DNA from: Gammaproteobacteria bacterium
GTDB taxonomy: Bacteria > Pseudomonadota > Gammaproteobacteria > Ga0077536
Assembly: GCA_963662545.2 (NCBI GenBank)
Contig: CAXXLL010000003.1
Coordinates: 2,910,395-2,974,394 of the forward strand
Reading direction: 5' to 3'
DNA: 64,000 nt
The translations under genes and the position numbers were made by a program. Numbering within the stretch: position 1 is the stretch's first letter; every line of letters starts with the position of its first letter. This document shows, one piece after another, positions 44,255 to 53,221 of the stretch. The notes under the pieces were generated by a model. That model did not search any database and was not told the DNA's origin. It was given only the letters and a program-made list of their open reading frames with translations.

Positions 44255-45399
44255 AATAGGTGATCCAAATCTTGCGACACTCGGGCAGTTTCCCGGGAAT
44301 GGACTTGCCGCACGCATGAAGGCACGTACTGCGTCCATCAGACGGTCGATGGTCGAGTAACGATGATTCCGGGTGACATTGTCGTGCAACTGTTTCCAGA
44401 GTTTCTCAATGTCATTGACCCAGGGCTGATAGGCCGGCTGGAACAGCAATCGGAATTTCGGATTGTGCTTTAGCCAGACGTGTGCCAAGCGACATTTGTG
44501 GATGATGTAGTTATCCACGATCAAGATAATTCGACGCGCGGCGCGGTAAGTTTGCCGCAGGTGGTCGAGCAGGCAAAGGAATAGGTCGCTGTTTTTCCGT
44601 GTGCCCTCGACATACGCAACGCGACCGGTTCGTGCGTGCAGCGCGCCCGCCAGATAGCGTTTCCGGTTTTGCCCAGGCGTGGGGATGGCACGTTGACAAC
44701 CTTGAGTAGACCAAAGGAAACCGATTTTGGGATTGAGGTCGATATCGACCTCATCGGCGTAAAACACTTCATGCCCCGATGGGGCTCGAGACAACGCACG
44801 ATGAATGGCTTTCAGGCGCGTGGCTGCCCGTGGGTCGCGCAGATGTAAGGTCGGACGAGCACGACGCCAGCCGAATCCCAAATTAACTAGCCAGCGACGT
44901 ACCGTAGAGGCGTGAATGGGCCGTGACAGCAACGAATTCAGCGTCTCGGCCAGCATCTCGCTCGTCCACGTACTGCGCAGGTAGCCATAATCACTGGGCG
45001 GCTGCTCAACTAACTCGGCGAGCGTCTCCAACAGGGTGTCATCCACCGTATACGCCCGCCGGCCCGAGCCGCACGCCTCGAGAAAGGCTTCACCCGCGGT
45101 CTGGAATTGCGTGACCCATCGATAAACCGTTGAACGCGCGACCGACAAACTGCGTGACACGGCCGTCGGTGAGACGCCTGAAGCTAACTGCAACAGGACT
45201 TGAGCGCGGCGAACCACCCGCCCGTTATCGCTGCGTTGAATCAACCGCTTAAAGCGACGTTTCTGTGAGCGCGTCAATGACACTAAACTATCCATACTCA
45301 GGTGACCTCTTTCGGGAACGTAGATTGCTCGATACAACCTCTGATCTCTGAATGTCACCTGAGTTCTTTTTATTTGATCGAGTTTTTGGAACACCTATT
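44255..45399 (-). mobile_element. IS630-family element, second copy
   Basis: 1145 bp, same translation as 20048-21192; TA duplication in CTAG. Confidence 0.95.
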
Positions 45400-45620
45400 T
45401 AGGTATCGTTAAATCACTAAAGCTTCGCGTCGGAAGTTGTTCAGATAATGCGCGGTAAGTAAGATCTTCTCAACCCTAAGTAAAACTAGAAGGGCAGGTT
45501 AGCTTCGCGCCAGCTGGCCGACTCTATTCGCTGTCGCCTGACTTTTTCTTGTCGGAATCAGGCCAGCCGTCAGCGGGACGCCTCTTCTTTAGAGCCTTGC
45601 CAACCGCTTTCTTCCAGAGT

Positions 45621-45667
45621 CCTCCTCGTTGTGGGTCTTTGCCCCGCCTGACCCACTCAGGCGGGGC
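45621..45667 (-). repeat. Conserved intergenic hairpin module, copy B
   Basis: GCCCCGCCTGA-GTGGG-TCAGGCGGGGC then AAAGACCCAC and GAGGAGG. Confidence 0.8.
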
Positions 45668-45679
45668 GACTTATTTCAT

Positions 45680-46501
45680 TCAGCTTGATGGGATCCTGAT
45701 ACGTATCGGGGGAGTTGGAGGACTCTGTCTGCCGTGCCGGTCTTCTCCGCGCAGTCAATAGTAGTACGACCGCCCATCCTCCACGGTTTGGTCCTCGTAG
45801 CTGTCGAAAGTCGTGCTCCAGATCCGTGAGGATCCGGCAAATCTGTTGCTGGTGTGACGATAAAGGAGGTACCGGTCATGGCTGAACCAATCCCAACTAA
45901 GACGAACCTTGTAGGTCCCGCTACAATTCTCGAATTGTGCGCCGGTACAGCGTGTTGCCACCGCGGAGAGCCCCGTTGGCGCAGGCAGCGAACCGCCAGG
46001 CGCGGAGGGATCGGGATCCTCGGGTATGCCAGGACTGCCAGGATCGATCGGTGGCGCGCCCGGCCCGGGCGCTGCCGCGACGCGGACGGCCTGACTCGCC
46101 ATCGGGACCAGTCGTCCGGCCAGGTAGGAGAACGCCTGCACATCAACCGGGTCCGAGCTGCGCACCACGCACGCCGTGCGGTGCCGGGCGTCTCTCTCGG
46201 ATAGCCCGGCATCGACCAATGCGGTCTCGAGGTCTATCTTGCGGCCCGAGCTATCGGTTTTGCCCGGCCAGTAGTTGAACAGCCCCGGCTCGACGTCGAC
46301 CGTCCACGTCACTGCCTCGAAGTAGCCATGGCACCGGAAGGCGACGACGCAATCTTCCTCACCTTCGTCCTTGTCGCAGAAAATGTGGACGTAGCTTTGC
46401 GGGGGAGCAAGTCCGATGGGGGTAGCGATTTTCGGAGACGCGGACTCTTGCGCCCACGCAGAATGCGCCGGTAAAGCCAGCACCGCTAAGGCTTTCTTCA
46501 T
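45680..46501 (-). pseudogene. Secreted protein with divergent module + Pro-rich linker + FN3-like domain; TGA at a conserved Trp
   Basis: SYYY*LRGEDRHGRQSPPTPPIRIRIPSS* versus paralog TYFYWLRGENERGVLSAATPPLRVVIPSN*. Confidence 0.8.
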
Positions 46502-46542
46502 GGTGAGTTCTCCTGTGTATCGGGACCTTCCCGGCAGAGGGC

Positions 46543-46612
46543 GCCGGGCCATTGTGACAACCCACGTGATCGCGGAAAGTCCCGCTTATTCGCCCAGCAC
46601 CGGGAGCTACCC
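46543..46612 (-). promoter_or_regulatory. Conserved upstream leader, copy B
   Basis: See 44172-44242. Confidence 0.65.
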
Positions 46613-47013
46613 AGCGCTGCATTGAACAGCTGTTGTGTTCAGCGGGTGGCCCGACAGGGCGGACCACATGAGTTGTCACGGTGGGCGGTGTGCTATAGCG
46701 ACGTTGAGATCGTCAATCGTATATAGGTGTTGACGAATAAACGACAACGGCTATGGGTGCTTAGTGGTCACTTTGTCAACGTTGACGCAAAAGGTTGGCA
46801 GCCGCGAGTGTGTCAACCGGCTTTGAAGGTCGCTTCTTCATGCTGAGCAATATTGCCCTCGTTTTCCGCTGGAGGTGGGCCCAACGAGGCAACTGGACCG
46901 CAGGTGCGACGCTGTTTGTTACGGTCTTGGTGACTCTTTGCGTTTCAGCGGTTGGCAGTTGGAACAGGTCTTGTGCGCCGTTTGTTTGCCTTGGCTCAGG
47001 CGCCTGAACGCGG

Positions 47014-47550
47014 TCAGTCGGACTCGACCTCGACGAGCTCATAGGCATCCGGGTGATTCCGGGCCATGCGCCGTGCCTTGTCTATGTCGGCGAGCGGCTG
47101 GATGTCACCGGGGCCGTGCCATATGAGGCCGGTCCCATACAATCCATCAGCGTACCAGGACCGCCGACCAAGGTAGCGGATCGCCACCGCAGGCTGGGTC
47201 GACACCGGCTCGGCAGGGGCCGTCGCCGGCACACCGTTGACTGCACCGCACACCGGACAGTGCCTGGACTTCGAGGCCACCACGCGATACATCCACGGGC
47301 CCTGGTAGCCGCGACGCCGTTTCTCGATGTCTCCGGTTTGCTGTAACCATCGGCGCGCCCGGTTCAGCGCGGCACGGCTCACGCCGGTCTTCGAACGCGC
47401 CAACTCAATCGCGCGCGCCGACACCCAGCCGGCGGCGTCCAAGCAGCTGCCCGCCTCCAAGTGCGACAGCAGCCACGCACTCGCGCGTTCAAGTGCGGTG
47501 CGCGTGCCTCCCTGATTCGACAAGGCCCTCATTTCGGTGTACTTCATCAA
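47014..47550 (-). CDS. Hypothetical protein (wHTH-like N-terminus, CPVC motif, phage-like C-terminus)
   Basis: AGGAG RBS; downstream of the helicase-like gene. Confidence 0.6.
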   Translation of the reverse strand: MMKYTEMRALSNQGGTRTALERASAWLLSHLEAGSCLDAAGWVSARAIELARSKTGVSRAALNRARRWLQQTGDIEKRRRGYQGPWMYRVVASKSRHCPVCGAVNGVPATAPAEPVSTQPAVAIRYLGRRSWYADGLYGTGLIWHGPGDIQPLADIDKARRMARNHPDAYELVEVESD

Positions 47551-47626
47551 TGGTGCTCCTATGATGTTCGTTCAGGCATGGGTGCACGTGTCTCTCCACC
47601 CGCGCGCGCAGAAATGCGGGCGAAAT

Positions 47627-49342
47627 TCAGCATCCTGCTTCGGGTGAGCCGGATAGCCAAATCAAACGCTGGCCGCTTTTCTGCCATTCAACCGTTATCC
47701 CGATCTGCCGCAGCGCCGGGGTGAGGCGGTCCAGGCGTTGGCTCAACCATTGCGCATTGCCGGGCCACCCCCGGGTCTTCGCCACACTCTCACCGACGCG
47801 TCGGGTTAGTTCACGGTACAGCTGGGTCGCTGTCCCTTCCCAGACCTGACCCCGCCTCTTTCGCATCAGGTCGCAGATCGCACCGGCGACCGGGCTGGCC
47901 TCAATCACCGTCGTAACGGCACCCTCACGATTACGTTCATACGCATGCAGGAACGCGCCCTCGGCGAACACGCCGGGCTCGCAAGCCACGACCCACTTGG
48001 CGAAGTCCGCCATCCGCGGCAGCGCTTCGATCTGCACCGTCGCAAGCCGAGCCAGCCCCACGACCATCGCGTCGAGCAGCGCACCAAGGATCTGTGGTCG
48101 CACACGCTCAAAGTCGGCCCACAATTCGGACTCGGGCTTACGCTCTGTTTTCTGGATGGCCTTGAGCGTCAGGACCAGTGCCCGGTCTGCCAAATCACCC
48201 CGCGTCACGACTGCATCGATACTGTTCAAGATCACGGGGCGTGCCGCGCTGATCACGCTCTCCTCGTCGTCGGTGTACAACTTGCGCGCCGCGAACCCGG
48301 CCCCCGTCGAGAGCCGGCACAGCGCATCCGACAGCCACGCAGGAACCGTGCTCAGGTTGTCGAACGCGAGCACGTGCGCGTTCCAGGCGGCGATGAACAG
48401 TTCGTGTTCATTGCGCGGCGGTGCGCGGAGCGCCGCCTCATGCGGGTCGACGAGGGCACGCAGCATCTGCGCGCACGTGCTCTTGGCCGACCCTTGCTCA
48501 CCCGTCAGCACCAGCACCGGATACGGGCCGGTCGGGCGGAGTGCCGCCAAGAGGCAGGCTACGGCGAGGTTGAAGTCATCCTCGCTGGCCAGATTAAGAA
48601 ACCCTCGGAGGGCTTCGATCTGCCCACCGCGTTCGGGCTCGGGCAGTGCGCGCATATGTCGCCTGCGGACGAATCGCACCGCCGGACGATCAACGCAGCG
48701 CCACCCGGTGGCGTCGATCTCGATGGCCTGCCAGGCGGCATTGCAGAGGTCGAGATACAGCCGGCCGGCCTCGGAGCCAACACGACGATAGACCTTGCGC
48801 GTCGGTCCTCGAAACTGTGCCTGCGCCGCGATCGTGCCAATCGCCGTTTGCAACGCCTCGTTGGTCGGCGCGCCGCCGTCAGATGCTTCGAAGTATTGCG
48901 CCCGAAGCCACGCGTTGAAGCCGTACGAATCTACCGGCCACGTTTCATGGTGCCCGTCGTGTTCAAACTCGGCGAACGCCTCCTCCCCGTGGTGAAACAG
49001 AGTGCAGTCGCGCTCGGCCAGGTCGACCAGCCGACTGGCTTGCGTTATGCGCTTCTTATGGCCCAGCTCGGCCGGGCGGGTCTGGCGGTCAAGCTCCGTG
49101 ACCGGCACACCGAGAGCCTTGAGCAGTTGCCGCAGTCGCGCCCAAGTGGGGGAGTCCCCGGCGCGTAGTTTCTTGAGACACTCGATGGCCGTAGCCTCGA
49201 AAGGCGCGCCTGGGTCCAGCCTCGAACGTTTGACGAGCGCCACCCAGTCTTCAGGCAACCGGTCGAGCATCGCGAGCATCGCGGCCTCGCGTTGCGCGTC
49301 AGCGATGCTCAGCGTGTCGACATCCTTTCTCGACCCGCTCAT
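47627..49342 (-). CDS. P-loop NTPase / replicative helicase of an integrative element
   Basis: GEQGSAKST Walker A, AFDNLS, RKLYTD; ATGA-coupled to the primase. Confidence 0.75.
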   Translation of the reverse strand: MSGSRKDVDTLSIADAQREAAMLAMLDRLPEDWVALVKRSRLDPGAPFEATAIECLKKLRAGDSPTWARLRQLLKALGVPVTELDRQTRPAELGHKKRITQASRLVDLAERDCTLFHHGEEAFAEFEHDGHHETWPVDSYGFNAWLRAQYFEASDGGAPTNEALQTAIGTIAAQAQFRGPTRKVYRRVGSEAGRLYLDLCNAAWQAIEIDATGWRCVDRPAVRFVRRRHMRALPEPERGGQIEALRGFLNLASEDDFNLAVACLLAALRPTGPYPVLVLTGEQGSAKSTCAQMLRALVDPHEAALRAPPRNEHELFIAAWNAHVLAFDNLSTVPAWLSDALCRLSTGAGFAARKLYTDDEESVISAARPVILNSIDAVVTRGDLADRALVLTLKAIQKTERKPESELWADFERVRPQILGALLDAMVVGLARLATVQIEALPRMADFAKWVVACEPGVFAEGAFLHAYERNREGAVTTVIEASPVAGAICDLMRKRRGQVWEGTATQLYRELTRRVGESVAKTRGWPGNAQWLSQRLDRLTPALRQIGITVEWQKSGQRLIWLSGSPEAGC

Positions 49343-50280
49343 CGACCATCCCTCCTGTCGGCGAAGTCACCGCCGGCACGGGGCGCCACGATCGTGACGC
49401 GCCGCCCCTCGGCCTCCAGCCGCTCGGCGAGCGCTGCCGCCGCTTCGAGTCCGGGCGCATCGCGATCGGCGGCAATGATCACTTCGCGGACGGCCTCGGG
49501 CACGACCAGCGCACACAGCCCAGCGGTCCCGAGCGCGGCCCAGCCGGGCAGGTCGAACCGCTGCATGGCCGCTGCGGCCGACTCGATGCCCTCGCCGACG
49601 AGCAGCACCCCGTCCGCCGGCTCGGCAAGTCGGACCGCGCCGCCCGTGAGCCGCCCGAGACTCGCGCGAACCGGCTGGACCGGGGCCTTGTCCGGGCCCT
49701 CCAGGTAGGTGCGCTGGATCCCGAGAAATCGCCCTCCACAGTCCTGCACGCACGCCACCAGACAGGGGAGAAACGAATAGGGCGCGCGCGGATGTCGAAG
49801 TCGCGGGTGGAATCGCAGCGCCGGCGCGTCGGCCACCGCCACACCGCGCCTGTGCAGATAGGCTTCGGCGAGCGAACCTCTCAACGGAAGGGCTTCCTTC
49901 CAGATTGCGCGCGCGCAAGCTCGCTTGCCGCTCGTCTCTTGGGCATCAGTGCCATGCGTCGTGACGGTTCGTGGGCGGCGCTCCCGTATGGGAACGGTCT
50001 GTTCGGACAGAAAACCGTGTGCGCAAAGCCAAGCCCACGCTTCGTGCCGAGCGCCACCGCGTTCACGCCCTATGAGGTCGAGCACACCGCCGCCCGTGCC
50101 TGCCTCATGGTCGCGAAACCAGCCGGCGTACGGGCCCGCGATGTGCACCACTAGGCTGCCCCGGTGCCCGTAGCGCAACTCGCGTTCACTCGAGAGTGCC
50201 GCGTTCGGCTCGCCCAGCAAGGCGACCGCGACATCGCCCATCACCGCAACCCAGTCTGTCACCGCGACCGGACCGGTCAT
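49339..50280 (-). CDS. Toprim-domain primase
   Basis: AEAYLHRRG, GIQRTYL, VGEGIESA, IAADRD. Confidence 0.85.
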   Translation of the reverse strand: MTGPVAVTDWVAVMGDVAVALLGEPNAALSSERELRYGHRGSLVVHIAGPYAGWFRDHEAGTGGGVLDLIGRERGGARHEAWAWLCAHGFLSEQTVPIRERRPRTVTTHGTDAQETSGKRACARAIWKEALPLRGSLAEAYLHRRGVAVADAPALRFHPRLRHPRAPYSFLPCLVACVQDCGGRFLGIQRTYLEGPDKAPVQPVRASLGRLTGGAVRLAEPADGVLLVGEGIESAAAAMQRFDLPGWAALGTAGLCALVVPEAVREVIIAADRDAPGLEAAAALAERLEAEGRRVTIVAPRAGGDFADRRDGR

Positions 50281-50579
50281 GTGCTCACCCCGCCGTCTGA
50301 CCAGCAGCGGCCCCCTCGCGGCGTCCCCCCATCCTCGGCGGTTCGGATCGTCGGTTCGACCACGCGCGCGTCCAGCCACGCATTGAGATCGGCGCCCAAA
50401 TACAGAATGCGGTGGCCGAACTTGGTGTAGCGCGGCCCGCGGCCTTGCCAGCGCCACGTCGCCAGCGTGCCGCGCGAGGCGATCACGGACAGGGCCGCGT
50501 CGCCCGGCCGATAGTAGCGGCCATCCTCGAAGCGTGCGTTCGGCGCGCTTTCGGATCGATTGACGTTGTGTTCATCCAC
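50277..50579 (-). CDS. AlpA/excisionase-like HTH protein
   Basis: TLATWRWQGRGPRYTKFGHRILYLGADLNAWL; GTG start with AGGGGA RBS. Confidence 0.8.
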   Translation of the reverse strand: MDEHNVNRSESAPNARFEDGRYYRPGDAALSVIASRGTLATWRWQGRGPRYTKFGHRILYLGADLNAWLDARVVEPTIRTAEDGGTPRGGRCWSDGGVST

Positions 50580-50991
50580 GGCGGTTCCCCTGCTGTCATG
50601 ATGAAACGCGCAGCATGGAAGACATCCAACATGAATTGTTGGGCACAACTTTTTCCGGCATGGTGCCCCACTATGGCGGGACTCGGTCGCGCGTCGGAAA
50701 GCCGACGGGATTGGTGTTTCCGGATGCACCGATAGAGTCTCTTGCAGTGGGCGTTACGCTCCTCGCCGGTGTGCGCCCCGTGTATGGGACACGTTCCGGT
50801 GGTTGAACGGAGGATCGAGGGTCTTCAGCACGCCCTGCTCACTGCCCGTGTGTCAGGCGGACTCACCGCAGAGTGCAACCGCGGCTGGAAGGCGGCCCTT
50901 GATCTGCTCGGAGACTCGTGATGGTCGCCCGGAGCCGTCTGGTTACATTGGCCGAGCAGCTTTTTGCCGGGCGCGGGAAGGCTTGCAACCG

Positions 50992-51061
50992 TGCGTCCAT
51001 ATTGCGCCCATCATCGACACCGTTTGGAGCGCTTAGGGCGTAATGGACGCAATGGGCGCAA
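50992..51061. repeat. Four copies of TGCG(T/C)CCAT, two direct and two inverted
   Basis: 50992, 51003, 51043 (inverted), 51052 (inverted). Confidence 0.75.
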
Positions 51062-51402
51062 TTGAACACCCACTTCCGGGTGCGGCTGAGCGTCGGGGGC
51101 GCCGCCACCGGCCATCCGGTTCCCAGCGTCTCCGGCGCTTTGTCAACTTGACTGGTAAGCCCGCTTTCATCGAAGAATTCGGCAGACCCGCACGTAGACG
51201 GCCTAGGGCGATTCGGGTATTGCAAGACGGATCGAAGGGAGGTCCACCGCCAGGGTGATAGCAAAGGGGACTCCCAACGGCGGGACGCGGTCACCCCGCC
51301 TCAGCGCCGGGCGTTGTCCGTCGAAAGGCCTGCGATGGAATCGCCCTCGGGGGCCCGTGGTGGAGCGTAGTACTCGGCCTCGCGCGTGTTCAGCCTAGCG
51401 AT

Positions 51403-52389
51403 TCAGGCGGCGCTATCCAACTGTACTCGGGCCGTTTCAAGCGCCTTGCGTTTCAAGCCATATCCGCGCCCGAACCACACCCGTTCCAAACGCGCATCTG
51501 CGGTCACTTCACGGGTGCGGCGGTAGTCTTCATCCCGAACGACCGCGTTGTAGAGCGCCCACAGCGTCTCGCGTGTCGCGGACGGCGTGACGGCTTCGTC
51601 GCCAAGGATCTGCTTCACGCGTGCCCACCGCTCAGGTTCCAGACCTTGGGTCTTCTGCCGGCGAGTCCTCGGAAACAGCGTCTCTAGATAACCGTCTACC
51701 GCTGCGGGCGCCACACTGCACTCTGCCATGCAAGCGAACAGGGATCCGGCCTCAGCAAATACCGCATCGGAGAGACGCTTCAATGCTTGCGCCTGGGTTT
51801 TTTTCAGATTGTGGCGAATCTTTCGGGTATGACGGACGGACACGACCCCCGTCCCGCCCGCCTGTGCGAGGCTCAGCGTATTTTGGCAGACGACTCGGAC
51901 CGGCGTGAACCGCACGGTGACGGCGCTCGACCCGTCATGGGAGTTGGACAGCAACAGGAAGCGATCGACAGGGTCGTCCCCATGGATGACCATTTGTTCC
52001 GACAGCCGCGCCAGCGCCCAAACCCGCTCGCCGTTGCCCAACGCGCCCGCTGTGTGGAACTCGGCCCAGCCATTGTCAATGAAGGGTTCGAAGAATGTGA
52101 ACGCATCCACATTCTGGAGCGACTCGTAATCCTTGCCGACGATGGCGAGCGCGACCGCCTCGGTCTCGTCACCCACCGGGTCACGCAGCACGATGTACCG
52201 GTCATAGACTTTCCTGCCTGCATCGAGCAGCCGAGCGCCGGGGGCGGGCTGCTTTCGAACGCGCCAGTCCAAATTGGCCGCGCACATCATCTGCTCCGCT
52301 GTTATGTGTGATTCAACCGCCGTGCCGAGACGGTGCCACGGTGTCTCGCCCACGAACGCCATGCCGCCCTGGAAAAGGTCATGTCCCAT
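51403..52389 (-). CDS. DUF932-family phage/plasmid protein
   Basis: ETPWHRLG, NSHDGS, TPVRVVCQNTL, TLWALYNAV. Confidence 0.85.
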   Translation of the reverse strand: MGHDLFQGGMAFVGETPWHRLGTAVESHITAEQMMCAANLDWRVRKQPAPGARLLDAGRKVYDRYIVLRDPVGDETEAVALAIVGKDYESLQNVDAFTFFEPFIDNGWAEFHTAGALGNGERVWALARLSEQMVIHGDDPVDRFLLLSNSHDGSSAVTVRFTPVRVVCQNTLSLAQAGGTGVVSVRHTRKIRHNLKKTQAQALKRLSDAVFAEAGSLFACMAECSVAPAAVDGYLETLFPRTRRQKTQGLEPERWARVKQILGDEAVTPSATRETLWALYNAVVRDEDYRRTREVTADARLERVWFGRGYGLKRKALETARVQLDSAA

Positions 52390-52413
52390 CGTGCTGCTCC
52401 TTGGGGTCGCCTC

Positions 52414-53190
52414 TCAGCGCCTGGTTTCCGTGTGTGGCCGCCGCTTCCAAACCGATTCGACCCCCGTGTACGACAAGAAGAGTCCCCTCGCCGTCGCGAC
52501 CGCGTCGCATGCTGATTCTTCCTTTGGACCCCACAGGTGGCGCGTCGGGTTCATGCCAAGGCCCACCAAATTGTCGAGCACTTTGAGAATATGCACGTCG
52601 CGAACCTCATTTTTGCGCGGATCGTACCGACCACTCGGGCGGTTCAGGCGCCCGCTCTCCAGCCGTTCGAAGATCTCGGTGGCGAGTGGATGATCCGGTA
52701 CCCGCCTTGCGCTTTCTTCGAGCGCCTCCTGCACCCAAAATCGATCCCACTTCCGCTCGCTTTCGTCTTGCCAGACTTCAAGCCATTTCTGGACGTGCTC
52801 TTCTATCAGCACCTGCCGCCCATCCTCCTCCTCCACACAGTCTAAGACGAGCCCAAAGGTGGCCCAAGCCTCAGGGTCTTCAGGGTCGGGCCAGGGATAC
52901 AGCTGCACGAGATCCACGGCCTCTTGATAGGATGGGGACAGACCCTCCTCTCTCAGGCGCTCTTGGAGCCTTGCCAGTTCCAACCGGTACTCGATAAGCT
53001 TCCTTCGATGTTTGCCCGGATTTGTGTCCGGGCCGTAGAGGGATTGAACATCCGCCGCCAGCGGGGCCTGCCCACACGCCGAGCAGACGCCGACCTCCAC
53101 GCTCATCGGCGGGTTCCTCGGTGCCGTCACTGGCAAACCGCACTGCGGGCACCGTTCGGTCGGCTCGGACGGGGTCTCCGTTTCACTCAT
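52414..53190 (-). CDS. Hypothetical protein with N-terminal Zn-ribbon
   Basis: CPQC..CSAC; GGAGG RBS; directly after the integrase. Confidence 0.65.
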   Translation of the reverse strand: MSETETPSEPTERCPQCGLPVTAPRNPPMSVEVGVCSACGQAPLAADVQSLYGPDTNPGKHRRKLIEYRLELARLQERLREEGLSPSYQEAVDLVQLYPWPDPEDPEAWATFGLVLDCVEEEDGRQVLIEEHVQKWLEVWQDESERKWDRFWVQEALEESARRVPDHPLATEIFERLESGRLNRPSGRYDPRKNEVRDVHILKVLDNLVGLGMNPTRHLWGPKEESACDAVATARGLFLSYTGVESVWKRRPHTETRR

Positions 53191-53221
53191 CGAATGGTCC
53201 TCCGTCGTGCATCGGGCGCCA

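Noticed and set aside
35251-45757. Stop-codon reassignment or readthrough as explanation for in-frame stops
   Set aside because: Both TAG and TGA are involved, and both terminate intact genes elsewhere in the window
47945-49168. 407-aa plus-strand ORF
   Set aside because: Antisense to the helicase-like gene
50863-51294. 143-aa ORF with faint likeness to the helicase C-terminus (GWP)
   Set aside because: Similarity too weak to support without an alignment
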